From Thermoanaerobaculia bacterium (GTDB lineage Bacteria > Acidobacteriota > Thermoanaerobaculia > UBA5066), in the NCBI GenBank assembly GCA_963816185.1, contig CAWFJJ010000028.1, forward strand, positions 512,001 to 576,000: DNA of 64,000 nucleotides, in the 5' to 3' direction. Below are positions 22,176 through 33,292 of this stretch, piece by piece. The notes under the pieces are model-generated. The model saw only the letters and a program-made list of their open reading frames with translations, had not been told where the DNA came from and ran no database searches. Both the position numbers and the translations under genes were made by a program. Within the stretch, counting starts at the first letter, position 1. Every line of letters starts with the position of its first letter.

Positions 22176-22838
22176 TTAAGGTTTGCGTGAAGCCGAGCTC
22201 GCGGCGTTTCTCTCCGGTTCCTTGAAGAGAGGCTTCTCCAGCGCATCCTGCGCCGTTGCGAGGCGCGACCGGAACGGCTCGAGAGTCCTCATGTTCGAGC
22301 GGACGGCGTCACTCTCGCGCACTTTCGATTCCCGGCGCACCCGTTCGGCTTCCGCCTCGAATTGCGCCGTCTGCTCCGCGAGGAGTTTTCGCGAGCCTTC
22401 GTCGGCAGCGTCCCCCCGCCGGGCCTTCAGGTCCGCCAGCGTCTTCTCGAGCATCGCGAGGGCCGAGGTGTTGAGCCGGGCGGTCATCGTCGCCGCCTCG
22501 GCTTCGAGAACGCGCTCCTTGACCCAGAGGAACTCCTCGACGTTCACGCGGCGGGCCCGTGCCGCGGCGACGTCCGCCGGAACGGTCGAGAGAGGATCGC
22601 TTTCGGGTGTAGGCCGCGCTCCCCGCCGGTCGAGACGCACGCGTTCGAGAATGGACAGAAACATCTGGATCTGGGCCGCCGTCACGCGCCCGTCGGCGGG
22701 AGGCCGGTAAACGTCGCGCGGCTCGGGGGGCTGCGACAGAGGCGCGCTCGTGGACGCTGCGGGATTCGAGTCGGGCGAGCCGCAACCGACGCCGGCGGCC
22801 GCGAGAACGACGAGGAGGGTGCGAACGCAATGGCGCAC
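22176..22838 (-). CDS. Hypothetical lipoprotein, helical/coiled-coil
   Basis: Hydrophobic leader ending AAGVG|C; TATCAT 6 nt upstream of the GTG. Confidence 0.6.
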   Translation of the reverse strand: MRHCVRTLLVVLAAAGVGCGSPDSNPAASTSAPLSQPPEPRDVYRPPADGRVTAAQIQMFLSILERVRLDRRGARPTPESDPLSTVPADVAAARARRVNVEEFLWVKERVLEAEAATMTARLNTSALAMLEKTLADLKARRGDAADEGSRKLLAEQTAQFEAEAERVRRESKVRESDAVRSNMRTLEPFRSRLATAQDALEKPLFKEPERNAASSASRKP

Positions 22839-22876
22839 GCCGGAATGATAGCCGCGTGGTACGATTTTTTCGCCCC

Positions 22877-24590
22877 ATGCTGACGCAAGTCGGGAAGTAC
22901 CAGATCGTCGAAAAGATCGGCGTGGGCGGGTTTGGAACCGTCTACAAGGGCCGGGATCCGTTCATCAAGCGGTCCGTCGCCATCAAAACCTGTCAGAGCG
23001 AGGAAGAGGAGATCAAGAAGCGGTTCTTCCGCGAGGCCGAGTTCGCGGGGAACCTGCACCACCGGAACGTCACCACGATCTACGATTTCGGCGTCACCGA
23101 CGACGGCACGCCTTATATCGTCCAGGAGTTCCTCACCGGCAGCGACCTCGACAAGGCGATCAAGAAGAAGGAGCCGCTCACCCTCCAGCGCAAGCTTCAG
23201 ATCTTGATCGACGTGTGTGACGGGCTCGGTTACGCGCACGGGGCCGGCATCATCCACCGCGACATCAAGCCGTCGAACATACGCATTCTCGAGGACGGCA
23301 CCGTCAAGATCATGGACTTCGGCATCGCGAAGTCGATGGTCTCTCAATCGACCCTCACGCAGACCGGGATCACGCTCGGCACCGCTTCGTACCTCGCGCC
23401 GGAGCAGATCCGCGGCGAGGATCTCGACCCGCGGACCGACATCTTCTCGCTCGGCGTCCTCGCCTACGAGATGCTGACCGGCCAGAAACCCTTCACGGGC
23501 GATCACATCTCGACGGTTCTCTACAAGATCATGAACGAGCCGCCCGCCCCGCCGAGCTCGCTCGACCCGGCACTCCCTCACGGACTCGACGCCATGGTCC
23601 TCAAGGCTCTCGAGAAAGACCGAGCGAAGCGTTTCTCGTCGTGCGGCGAGATGCGCGCCGACTGCATCGCGCTTCTTCAGAGCGTGCCCCAGGGACCCGC
23701 GTTCCAGATGCCGGAAGGCGACACGGAAAAGACGATCGCGACGCCGACGTCGGGCATCCCGAACACGGCGTCCGTATCGCGCCGTACGCCAACCGGGGGC
23801 AGGCCTCCGCGCGTCCTCGACACGCCGCTCGCGCCCGCCACCCCCAGCCCCACGTCCGGAGGGATCGGGGACGTGCGTCTTCACACGGACACCGGCGCCA
23901 GCCATCCGGTGCCTGTGCGCGAGGAGGGCGGCGGCTCGGCTCTGGCCCTGAAAGTCCTCCTCGCGGCGGTCGTCCTTCTGGCCGTGGCGGGCTCCGTCTG
24001 GTACATCGCGCAGCAGCGGCACGCCGTGGTTCCGGTCGCACCCACGCCCGTCCCGGTCCCGACGGCCGCACCCGCGCCGACCGCGCTGCCGGAGCCGACG
24101 CCCACGTCCGTGCCCGTGCCGACCGTCGCCGTGAAGGAGGTCCCGACCGACCGCTGTGGTCACGTTCAAATCGAACATCTACGCCGAGCTCTCGATAAAC
24201 GGAAAACGCCAGCCGGCCAGCCTCCCGGCCGCGACGCGCGTCACGCTGAAGCCGGGACGGTACGTCGCCGTCTTCGACGCTCCGGCTTTCATGAAGGTCC
24301 AGGAGGAATTCGAGATCCCCGCCGCGAATCCGACTCCCCTGACGATCATCGGGAAGTTCCCTCCTCGCGCGATCCTGTCCCTCACGGCCCGTCCCGTCGG
24401 CGCCGAGATCCGCATCGATGGCGTCCTCATCGGCTCTTCTTCCGGAGCCCCGATCCGGAAGACGCTGCGAGCGGGTCCTCACGAGATCTCCGTGAGCCTC
24501 GCGGGCTACAGGACGGAAGCGCGATCGGTGGATCTCAAGGAATCTGACGAGATCTACGTTATTCCCGCGATCGAGCTGAAGAAGGAGTAG
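22877..24590 (+). CDS. Membrane Ser/Thr kinase with Pro-rich linker and C-terminal PEGA-like domain; frameshift near 24150
   Basis: IGVGGFG, VAIK, HRDIKPSN, DFGIAK, APE; TM helix. The PEGA-like part (GAEIRIDG..GPHEISVSLAGY) is in a different frame (24156-24590). Confidence 0.85.
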
Positions 24591-24604
24591 CTACAATCCG
24601 GGGG

Positions 24605-26270
24605 ATGCGGATGCGCGTGCTCCTCGCGGCGGCCGGAATCCTCCTCCTCGCGGGCGTTCCCGCTTTTCGCGCAGGAAGGCTCCGAGTCGCTCGAGAAGGA
24701 AGCGCGCAAGGCCGTCAACGCCGGCCAGTTCCGTAAAGCCGCGCTGAAGTTCGAGAGCTCCGCCTCGGCGGCGAGCGATCCGCAGCGCCGCTCGCGCATG
24801 CTCGTGCAGGCCGCATGGGCGCATTTCAACGACGGAAAGAGATCCGAGGCTCAGGACGCGCTCCGTCGCGCCTTCACGGGCAGTCCCGACCTCGAGATCG
24901 TGCCCGACTTCTTCTCGCCCGAGTTCGTCAAGCTTGCGGGCGAAGTGCGCGCGGCCGCGCTTGCCGCGATTCCGCCTCCGGCGGCCGATCTCGGCGAGAT
25001 GAAGCGTGTCGCGAGAGAGAAGCTCGCGGACGGCAACACCGACGACGTCATCCACGATCTCCTCTACAGCGTGCCGCGCGAGAAGCTCGACGCGGAGGCG
25101 CTCGAGCTCCTCGCGCAGGCCTACGAGAAGCAGGGCAAGTTCACCGAGGCGGCGAAGGTCCGCGCTTCCGGGCCCGGCGGCCCGACGGCTCCCCCGGCGC
25201 CGCCCACCGGCTCTCGGCCGTCCGCCGGCGGCGTCGCGGCCGTGCCCCCGCCTGCTTCGGCACCCGGCACGGACTACCTCGCTCTCGGCCGAGCGGCTCT
25301 CGCGCGCGGTGACTCCCTGAACGCCCAGACGGCCGCAAACCGGCTCCTCGAGATCGACCCGCAATCCAGCGACGCGTACCGGCTTCTGGGAAACGCCTAC
25401 GCCCTCCGCGGCGAGAAATCCTTCGCCGAGGCGAACCTCAGGCAGTCGCTCAAGTACAACCAAAAGAACGAGGGAACGCTCCTCGACCTGTACGAGCTTT
25501 CGCTGGCAGACAAGAACTGGGACGCCGCGCTCGACGCGCTGCGCCGCGCAACCGAGGTGAATCCCCAGAACGGTGCACGACTCCTCGCTCTCGGCCGCAA
25601 GGCGTACGCGGACCGGGATCTCACGCATGCCCGGCAGGTCTTCGCGACCGCCGCGGCGGCGTCTCCGAAAGACGTCTCGGTCCTGACCGAGTACGCGAAC
25701 GTCCTCCTGCAGGCGCACGACGTCGACGCCGCTCTCGACCCTCTCATGAAGGCGGCAGCCGCCGAGCCGGACCGCGAGATCGTGCGCGCGAACCTCGCCT
25801 CCGTCCTGCGAAAGAAGGGCCTTTGGAAGGACGCCGAGAAGGAATACCGCGAGGCGATCCGCTCCGATCCCGATTACGCCCCCGCGCTGCGCGGACTCGG
25901 TTCGCTTCTTCTCGAGCGCGGCCAGGCCGCCGAGGCGATCGAGCCTCTCAGGAAGGCGGTTCTTCGTGACCCGGCGAATCTCGAGGGCGCTTGGGCGCTC
26001 GCCCGCGCCCTGCGCCAGACCGGCGCATTGAAGGACGCCGCCGAGAGCCTCGCTCGGTCGTCCGTCCAGGACAAGGCGATCCTCGACGACGAGGCCGGCG
26101 CCGTGGCCTACGAGCGCGGCCGCTACGAAGAGGCCGTGGGCTTCTTCGAGAAGGCGCTCGCGAAAGAGCCTGGCTCACCGGGGTCAGCCGTGTACAAGGC
26201 GAACCGCGACAAGGCCGCAGCAGCGGTGGCGTTCCTCAAGGGCTCGGGCCTCACGGTTCCCGAGCGCTGA
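24605..26270 (+). CDS. Secreted TPR repeat protein; 1-nt frameshift in TTTT at 24664-24667
   Basis: Removing one T joins the signal peptide MRMRVLLAAAGILLLAGVPAFA|Q to the TPR ORF 24798-26270. TACAAT lies 7 nt upstream of the ATG. Confidence 0.8.
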
Positions 26271-26298
26271 AGGCAGACCGCCGCCACACCGTCGTCCC

Positions 26299-26938
26299 TT
26301 ACCCCGGCGAAGCGGCGCCCGGAACGTCGTCTCCCCGCATCGCGGCCAGCAGATCCGTGAGGATTCGCGCGGTCGCGCCCCAGATCGCGTGCCCGCGGTA
26401 GTGGTAGACGAGCGTCATCACGTCCCGGCCCTCTCCACTTCACGGCGCGCTCCTCGACGACCATCGGGTCGAGGAGGTACGCCAACGGGACCTCGATGAT
26501 GGATTCCACCTCGCCCGCGTGCGGCGCGAACGTGATCGGATAGGGAATCGCACCGACGAACGGCGAGACCTCGAAGTCCGTGACGGTCTCGAGCTTCGGC
26601 AGCGCGCCCAGGATGCGGACGCTGGAGCGCGGGACGCCGATCTCCTCCTCGGTCTCGCGGATCGCCGTCTCCCAGAGGTTTGCGTCGCGGTCGGACACTC
26701 CACCGCCCGGGAACGAGATCTGGCCCTTGTGATGCTCGACCAAGTCCGTCCGCTTCGTGAAGAGAGTCCAGAGAGCCTTCTCGCGCACGTATAGCGGGAT
26801 CAGAACTGCCGCCGCGCGGAGCGGCGGCGAGCCCTCCGGCCTCTCGGTGGAGCGCGGACGCACCGGGAAGCCGCGGCTGAGCCGCGCCCTCAGATCTTCC
26901 ATCCAGGGGCTGTATGCGCCGCCGGGGGACTCCGTCAT
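26299..26938 (-). pseudogene. CoA pyrophosphatase (Nudix, NUDT7/8-like); frameshift near 26430 (possibly an assembly error)
   Basis: AAVLIPL, HKGQISFPGG, AIRETEEEIG. The conserved IWGATARIL lies in the shifted frame, which ends at a TAA at 26299. Confidence 0.8.
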
Positions 26939-28084
26939 GGAGCAGCGTCGGGCGCGCCGAATCCCTGCCGCTCTGCCGCGGCCTTCTCGCCCCTCTTCAC
27001 GAAGGACTGGAGATAGGCCTCGATGAAGCCGTCGAGGTCGCCGTCGAGCACCCGGTCCACGTCCCCGACCTCGAAGTTCGTCCGGTGGTCCTTTATGAGC
27101 CGGTACGGCGCGAGGACGTACGAGCGGATCTGCGACCCGAACCCGATCTCCATCTTCGTGCCCGCGCGCTCGGCGTCCTTCGCCTGGCGCTCTTCGAGGG
27201 CGCGTTGGTAAAGGCGCGACCTCAGAACCTTCATCGCCGCATCCTTGTTCTTGTGCTGGGAACGCTCGTTCTGGCACTGAACGACGAGCCCCGAAGGAAG
27301 GTGCGTGATGCGGATCGCCGACTCCGTCTTGTTGACGTGCTGCCCTCCCTTGCCGCCCGCCCGGAACGTGTCGATCCGGAGGTCCTTGTCGCCGATCTCG
27401 ACCTCGATCGTGTCGTCGATCTCCGGCGACACGTAAACCGCGGCAAACGACGTGTGTCGACGCGCCGCGGCATCGAACGGCGAGATGCGCACGAGCCGAT
27501 GCACGCCGCGCTCGGCCTTCATGTGTCCGTACGCGTACTCCCCCTCGAAACGCAGCGTCGCGGTCTTGATGCCCGCATCCTCGGCGTACGTCGCCTCGAG
27601 AACGTCCGTCTTCCATCCGCGCCGCTCCCCGTAGCGGAGGTACATGCGCATGAGCATCTCGGCCCAGTCCTGCGCCTCCGTCCCGCCGGCCCCCGCGTGG
27701 ATCTCGACGATCGCCGGCAGCGGATCCTCGTCGTGGGTGAGCTTGAAGGTCAGCTCCTTGTGGCGCGCCCAGGGCGCGATCGCCGCGAGCGCCTGATCGG
27801 CGTCCGCCTCCACTTTCTCGCCCGAGCGCAGGAACTCCGCAAGGATCTCGAGCTCGTCCTGCCGTTCCTTGAGGTCCTTGTCGTCCGCGAGGACGCGCTC
27901 GGCGCGCTTCAGCTTGCGCAGAGTCTCCTGCGCCTCGAGGGCGTTCGTCCAGAAATCCGGCTCACCGGTCTTCCGTTCGAGCTCTTCTTTCTCTTTCGCC
28001 GCCTTGCGGACGTCAAAGATAGCCCCGGAGGGCGCTCACGGACGACGCGAGTTCGAGCAGGCGCTCAATGCGTTCTTCGTTCAC
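26935..28084 (-). CDS. prfB: Peptide chain release factor 2 with programmed +1 frameshift
   Basis: GTG at 28084 gives ..ALRGYL, then CTT TGA C, and the +1 frame continues DVRK..PDFW. Contains GGTEAQDW, ISPFD (SPF) and GGQHVN. Confidence 0.96.
28012..28027 (-). promoter_or_regulatory. RF2 autoregulatory frameshift site
   Basis: CGGGGC TAT CTT TGA C on the minus strand: SD-like G-run followed by slippery CTTTGAC. Confidence 0.92.
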
Positions 28085-29630
28085 GTGGAACTTCCTCCCG
28101 ACGCGCGCGGAGAATACCGGCCACCAGCCCTGCCGCGCAAACCCACGCCACCGCGTCGCCTGCGGCCGTCGCGGGCGGCTTTGCGGAGGGCCGCTCGAGC
28201 AGCACGGCGAATGCGCCTTTCGTGTCGGGACCGAGCGTGACGAGAACGTTCCCCCTTCCATCCACCGCTCCGCTGATTCCGGTGATCGCCGCGCGCACGA
28301 GAGGACGGCCGGTCTCGATCGCGCGCAGGACGGCCGACTGCCAGTGCTGCCGCTGCGCGCCGGCACGTCCGTACCAGGCGTCGTTCGTGAGCGTGAACAG
28401 GACGTCGGCTCCCGCGCGCGTCTCCTCCCGCGCGATCCACGGGTAGACGACCTCGTAGCACACGGCACCCCCGAGCCTCCAGCTCCCGAGCGGCAGCAGA
28501 GCCGCCCCGGTTCCGGGAGTGAACGCCGACGGCACCGCACGGCTGATCGGCCGGATCATCCGAAAGAGGCCGGCGAGCGGCACGTACTCGCCGAAAGGCA
28601 CCAGCCGCTGCTTGAAGTAAGGCGGCGTCACGGGGCCGTCTTTCGTCACGAGAAGGGCAGCGTTGTAGAACGGCGCGTCCGGATTGCCTGGCTCGTCGGA
28701 CCAGACCGTGCTCAGAAGGATCGCGATGTCGAGCTCTTTGCAGAGAGTGACGACCCGGTCGCGGAAGGCGGGCGCGAACGACCAGGCGTAGGGTGCCGCG
28801 CTTTCCGGCCACAGCACGAGGACCGGCCGGCCGTGGCGGCACAGGCTCCGGGTCTGGTCCTCGAGACCGTCGAAGAGGCGTTCTGCGGTTCCGGCTTCCC
28901 AGCGAAGGTCCTGTGCCACGTTCGGCTGGACGACCCCGACCTTGAGGAACTCTCCTGACGCGCGCGGCCGCGGGGGCCCGGCCGCTCCCGCGATCACCGC
29001 CGCGAGCGTCGCGCCCGCGAGCCACGCCAGGCGCAGGTTTCGTACGGGCCGCGTGAGCGCGACGAAGAGCGCCGCGTTCAGAGCCGCCACGAGAAACGAG
29101 GAGAGCAAGACGCCTCCGAGAGCGGCGGTGCCGAGCAGCTGAGGGACGTCGGCGAGCGGGTTCGCGAGGAGCGCCCACGGGAAGCCGCCGAAGATCCAGA
29201 CGGTCGTGCGAAAGAGCTCCTGGAGTACCCACGCCGCGCCGAAGGTCGCCACGACGCCGGCGGCCGAGCGCGGCGCGACCCACGCGTAGAGGAGGCTCAT
29301 GACGCCGAACGGCACCGCACAAATCGCGGCGGCGAGCACGAGCGCGAGGACCGCGACGAACCCGGGAACGCCGCCAAAGCGGTGCACGGTGTAGGCGATC
29401 CAGGGAATCGTCACGATCCAGAAGGCGAGGCCGAAGACATAGCCGAGAAATGCTGCGTCCTTCGGACGCGCGCCGTCGAGCGCGGCGACCAGCGGGATCA
29501 GCGCGACGGGAAGCAGCGGAAGGATCGAAAAGTTCGGAAAACACAGCGCTAGAAGGACGCCGGAGGCGAGAGAGAAGAGAAGACGAGAGATTTTCTTAGA
29601 AGGTAATACGGACAACGAAAGCAAAATCAA
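28065..29630 (-). CDS. lnt: Apolipoprotein N-acyltransferase
   Basis: Multiple TM helices, GFPW, VQPN, WPES, KQRLVPFGEYVP, VCYE, TNDAWYG, RAIE. Start uncertain (TTG overlapping the lipA stop). Confidence 0.93.
   Translation of the reverse strand: MILLSLSVLPSKKISRLLFSLASGVLLALCFPNFSILPLLPVALIPLVAALDGARPKDAAFLGYVFGLAFWIVTIPWIAYTVHRFGGVPGFVAVLALVLAAAICAVPFGVMSLLYAWVAPRSAAGVVATFGAAWVLQELFRTTVWIFGGFPWALLANPLADVPQLLGTAALGGVLLSSFLVAALNAALFVALTRPVRNLRLAWLAGATLAAVIAGAAGPPRPRASGEFLKVGVVQPNVAQDLRWEAGTAERLFDGLEDQTRSLCRHGRPVLVLWPESAAPYAWSFAPAFRDRVVTLCKELDIAILLSTVWSDEPGNPDAPFYNAALLVTKDGPVTPPYFKQRLVPFGEYVPLAGLFRMIRPISRAVPSAFTPGTGAALLPLGSWRLGGAVCYEVVYPWIAREETRAGADVLFTLTNDAWYGRAGAQRQHWQSAVLRAIETGRPLVRAAITGISGAVDGRGNVLVTLGPDTKGAFAVLLERPSAKPPATAAGDAVAWVCAAGLVAGILRARREEVPRERRTH
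29568..29616. repeat. TTCTTAGAA-family arm at the lipA/lnt junction (inside the lnt 5' end)
   Basis: GAGAGAGAAGAGAAGACGAGAGATTTTCTTAGAAGGTAATACGGAC; core at 29593. Confidence 0.7.
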
Positions 29631-30508
29631 TCTTTCTTCGGCGCGAACTCTTCCGCCCGGTAGCTCGAGCGGACGAACGGGCCGGAGAAGACGGCCGAGA
29701 AGCCGAGCTCCATTCCCTGCGCCTCGAGAGACGCGAAGCGCTCGGGCGTCGCGTATTCCACGACGGGCAGGTTCCACGCGGAGGGCCTGAGGTACTGCCC
29801 CACCGTGACGACGTCGACGCCGGCGCCGCGCAGCGCGCGAAAGACGTCCACGACTTCGTCGTCCTCCTCGCCGAGGCCGAGCATGAGGCCGGACTTCGTC
29901 GTCATGGCCGGATGCCGCGCCTTCACCCGGGCGAGGAGATCCACGGAGCGGCGAAACGCCGACTTCGGGCGGACGCTGCCGTAGAGGCGGGGAACCGTCT
30001 CGACGTTGTGGTTGTAGACGTCCGGGCCGGAATCCGCGACGCGGTCGATCGCCTCCGCGGCCCCCCGGAAGTCGGGTGTCAGCACCTCGACCGTGCGGGA
30101 GAGGTCGTTGTCCTTCAGCGCCCTCACGACGGCCGCCCAGTGCGCCGAGCCCCCGTCGTCGAGGTCGTCGCGGTCCACGGACGTCACCACGATGTGCCGG
30201 ATTCCCATCTCGTTCGCCGCGTCGACGAGGCGCCTCGGCTCTTCCGGGTCGAGGGGCGAAGGACGCCCGGACGTGATGTGGCAGAAGCCGCACGCACGCG
30301 TGCAGACGTCGCCCGCGATGAGAAACGTGGCCGTCTTCCGCTCGAAGCATTCCGTGCGGTTCGGGCAGCGGGCCTCCTCGCAGACCGTCGAGAGGCTTCC
30401 GCGGCGCATTCGCGCCTTCATTTCATGGAGCTCGGCGAGCCGCAGCTTTTTCTTGCGAATCCAGACGGGGAGGGCGGGCGTTCCTCGGACAGGCTGAGGG
30501 CGGCTCAT
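29627..30508 (-). CDS. lipA: Lipoyl synthase
   Basis: CEEARCPNRTEC, CTRACGFC, TSVDRDDL, NHNVETV, RSSY. Confidence 0.97.
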   Translation of the reverse strand: MSRPQPVRGTPALPVWIRKKKLRLAELHEMKARMRRGSLSTVCEEARCPNRTECFERKTATFLIAGDVCTRACGFCHITSGRPSPLDPEEPRRLVDAANEMGIRHIVVTSVDRDDLDDGGSAHWAAVVRALKDNDLSRTVEVLTPDFRGAAEAIDRVADSGPDVYNHNVETVPRLYGSVRPKSAFRRSVDLLARVKARHPAMTTKSGLMLGLGEEDDEVVDVFRALRGAGVDVVTVGQYLRPSAWNLPVVEYATPERFASLEAQGMELGFSAVFSGPFVRSSYRAEEFAPKKD

Positions 30509-31203
30509 GGCGTCACGAGCGGCTTGTTCTTGATCTGCTTGTCGGTCTGCTTGATCTTCCGAGCCGTCGCCTCCGCCTTCGATCTGTCCTTGAAAGGTCC
30601 CACGCGCACCCGGAACCAGCCGGCCTTGCCGGGGACGGCCGAGACGTCTGCGGTGAAGCCCTCGTTCCTGAGCCGCTTCAGGAGGTCGTCGGCGGCCTGG
30701 GCCTTCTTCGTCGCGAGCAACTGGACCCAGAACGGTCCCTTCGGCGCGGCCTTTGCGCTTGCGGGAGCGGCCTTTGCGGCAGCCGTCTTTGAGGCAGCGG
30801 CCTTTGCGGGCGGAGCCGCCGTGGGGGCGGGAGGTTTCGGCGTCGGCACCGCCGTGGCCGCGGGGGCCGGTGTCGGGGCGGCCGCCGCTTCCTTCGGAGT
30901 CCCGCGCTTGTCGGAGGCGAAGCCGAGAGCTTCCTCGGCGGGCTTCTTCTCTTCGCGGGGATTTTCCGAGGGCGCGAGCGTCGGGACGGGCAGGTCAGAG
31001 GCCGTCGCCAACGCGGTCACCGCGCCCGGGCCCTTCCGCGCCGCCGCGCCCGTCTTCATCCCGAGGAAGAAAGCGAGCGCGAGCGCGACGAGAAGAAGCA
31101 GGAAGAAAAAAGCCGCTTGCCGCCCCGTGACGGAGACCTGGTAATGGACGGGCGGCCGGTCATGTCGTTCCTCTGGGCCTTCCGAGAGGCCGAGAGCGGT
31201 CAT
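30505..31203 (-). CDS. SPOR domain cell-division protein (DedD/FtsN-like)
   Basis: TM anchor, Ala/Pro/Lys linker, FWVQL...WFRVRVGPF. Confidence 0.88.
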   Translation of the reverse strand: MTALGLSEGPEERHDRPPVHYQVSVTGRQAAFFFLLLLVALALAFFLGMKTGAAARKGPGAVTALATASDLPVPTLAPSENPREEKKPAEEALGFASDKRGTPKEAAAAPTPAPAATAVPTPKPPAPTAAPPAKAAASKTAAAKAAPASAKAAPKGPFWVQLLATKKAQAADDLLKRLRNEGFTADVSAVPGKAGWFRVRVGPFKDRSKAEATARKIKQTDKQIKNKPLVTP

Positions 31204-31964
31204 CCGGGGGTCCCGCCTTTCTTCAGGAATGCCGAGATGAGGTCCATCGGCAGCGGGAAGAGGATCGTGGAATTCTTCTCCGTAGCGATCTCCGTGAGCG
31301 TCTGGAGGTAGCGGAGCTGGAGCGTCGCAGGCTCGCGGCCGATGATCGCTGCGGCCTCGGAAAGCTGCTTGGCAGCCTCGAACTCGCCGGAGGCGTGAAT
31401 GATCTTCGCACGCTTCTCACGCTCGGCCTCGGCCTGCTTCGCCATGGCGCGCTGCATCTCGATCGGGAGGTCGACGCCCTTCAGCTCGACCATCGTCACC
31501 TTGATGCCCCAGGGGTCCGTGTGCTTGTCGAGGATTTCCTGGAGGTTCTCGTTCAGCTTGTCGCGCGAGGAGAGCAGCTCGTCGAGCGTGGCCTGGCCGA
31601 GGATCGAGCGGAGCGTCGTCTGGGAGAGCTGCGACGTCGCGTACAGGTAGTTCTCGACCTTCACGACGGCCTTCGCCGGGTCCATGACGTGGAAGTAAAC
31701 GACCGCGTTCACCTTCACGGACACGTTGTCCCGCGTGATGACGTCCTGCGGCGGCACGTCGAGAACCACCGTGCGAAGGGAAATGCGGATCATCGTCTCG
31801 AACGGCCAGAAGATGAGCGTGAGACCGGGCCCCTTCGGGGCCGGCCCGAGGCGCCCGAGCCAGAACGTGACGGCCCGTTCGTACTCGTTCAGCACGTTGA
31901 TCCACTTCGACAGGAAAACCAGTCCGACGAAAACGATCGGGATGAGGATCGGCAGATTCGACAT
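31200..31964 (-). CDS. Slipin/SPFH (stomatin-like) protein
   Basis: [41 protein letters not shown]. Confidence 0.95.
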   Translation of the reverse strand: MSNLPILIPIVFVGLVFLSKWINVLNEYERAVTFWLGRLGPAPKGPGLTLIFWPFETMIRISLRTVVLDVPPQDVITRDNVSVKVNAVVYFHVMDPAKAVVKVENYLYATSQLSQTTLRSILGQATLDELLSSRDKLNENLQEILDKHTDPWGIKVTMVELKGVDLPIEMQRAMAKQAEAEREKRAKIIHASGEFEAAKQLSEAAAIIGREPATLQLRYLQTLTEIATEKNSTILFPLPMDLISAFLKKGGTPG

Positions 31965-31972
31965 GAGTCTCC

Positions 31973-33259
31973 TTAAGCCCCTTTCGGAGCAGGGCGAACG
32001 AGGACGGACAGGCCGTCGAGACCCGTGATCTCGACGTTCTCGCCTGCGGCGACCGGCGCGGACGACCGCGCCTCCCAGATCGCGCCGTCCACGAAGATCT
32101 TGCCCGTCGGTGCGAGGTCCGTCCGGGCGGCGACGATCTGACCCACGAGAACGCCGGCGCCGGTGCGGTCCGGCAGCCTCTTCACGGCGAGGGCCCTGAA
32201 GGAAAGCAGGGCGAGAATCGCCGCGGTCGTGACGGCGCCCGCCACGAGCGTCACGAGCTCGCCGCGCGGCGCGCCGGGCCGTTCAGGGAACAGCAGGAGC
32301 GCTCCCAGGATGATCGCGACCGCGCCGCCCACGGCAAGGACGCCGTGCGACGCGAGCTTGATCTCGAGAAAGAAGAACAGGGCTCCGAGCACGAGAAGGC
32401 CTACTCCGGCGCCGTTCACCGGCAGGACCGACATCGCGAAGAGCGCGAGGAGGAGACAGATCGCCCCGAGGACTCCGGGCAGGATCCCGCCCGGGTGCGA
32501 GAGCTCGGAATAGAGGCCTACGAGCCCGACGAGAAACAGGAGTCCCGCGAGCGCGGGGCTCGCGAGGACGCCGAGGAACTTCTCCCGCTTCGTCATCTCC
32601 TTGACCTCGGTCTTGAGGCCGGCCGTCTTCAGGATCACGTCGGGCTTTCCGACTCGCTTCGCGGTCCGCCCGTCGAGGCGCGTCAGGAGATCCGGAATGT
32701 CGCGCGCGATGACCTCGATCAGCTTTCGCTTCTCGGCTTCGGTCTCGGAATACGACGCCGCGTCGCTCACGGCCTTCACGGCATCGTCCACGGGACGGCC
32801 GCGGGGCTCGGTCACCGAGCGCAGGAGCGCCGAGACGTCCTGTCCGATTTTCTTCGCGATCGTCTTCGGTAGGTCTTCTCCGCTGCCGCCCACGGGCGAC
32901 GCGGCGCCCGCGTTCGTGCCCGGCGCCATCGCCGCGACGTCGCACGACATCAGGACGATGAATCCGGCGGAAGCCGCCTGCGACCCCGGAGGCGCGACCC
33001 ACCCCACGACGGGCACGCGCGAGCTGAGGATCGCCTGTGTGATCGTCCGTGTGGAATCGAGACGTCCGCCCGGCGTGTCGATGCGGATGATGACGAGCGG
33101 CGCCCGCGCGTCACCCGCCTCGTTGATCGCCTGCACGATGAAGCGCGCGCTGACCGCATTGATGTCCGTGTCGAGGTCCACCACGGGAACCGGCGCGGAC
33201 GGCGGGGCCGCCGAAACCGCAAGCGACCCGAAGAGGAGAACGGCCGCCACGAAGCGCAC
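31973..33259 (-). CDS. NfeD family membrane-bound serine protease (long form)
   Basis: [26 protein letters not shown] region, C-terminal OB fold (GAIWEARS); paired with slipin. Confidence 0.92.
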   Translation of the reverse strand: MRFVAAVLLFGSLAVSAAPPSAPVPVVDLDTDINAVSARFIVQAINEAGDARAPLVIIRIDTPGGRLDSTRTITQAILSSRVPVVGWVAPPGSQAASAGFIVLMSCDVAAMAPGTNAGAASPVGGSGEDLPKTIAKKIGQDVSALLRSVTEPRGRPVDDAVKAVSDAASYSETEAEKRKLIEVIARDIPDLLTRLDGRTAKRVGKPDVILKTAGLKTEVKEMTKREKFLGVLASPALAGLLFLVGLVGLYSELSHPGGILPGVLGAICLLLALFAMSVLPVNGAGVGLLVLGALFFFLEIKLASHGVLAVGGAVAIILGALLLFPERPGAPRGELVTLVAGAVTTAAILALLSFRALAVKRLPDRTGAGVLVGQIVAARTDLAPTGKIFVDGAIWEARSSAPVAAGENVEITGLDGLSVLVRPAPKGA

Positions 33260-33292
33260 GAGGCCATTATAGGTTCGTGCTAGAACGCGCCG

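Noticed and set aside
8909-26938. Four non-prfB frameshifts as programmed recoding or phase variation
   Set aside because: No slippery heptamers or long homopolymers, and the genes are unrelated; assembly indels are more parsimonious.
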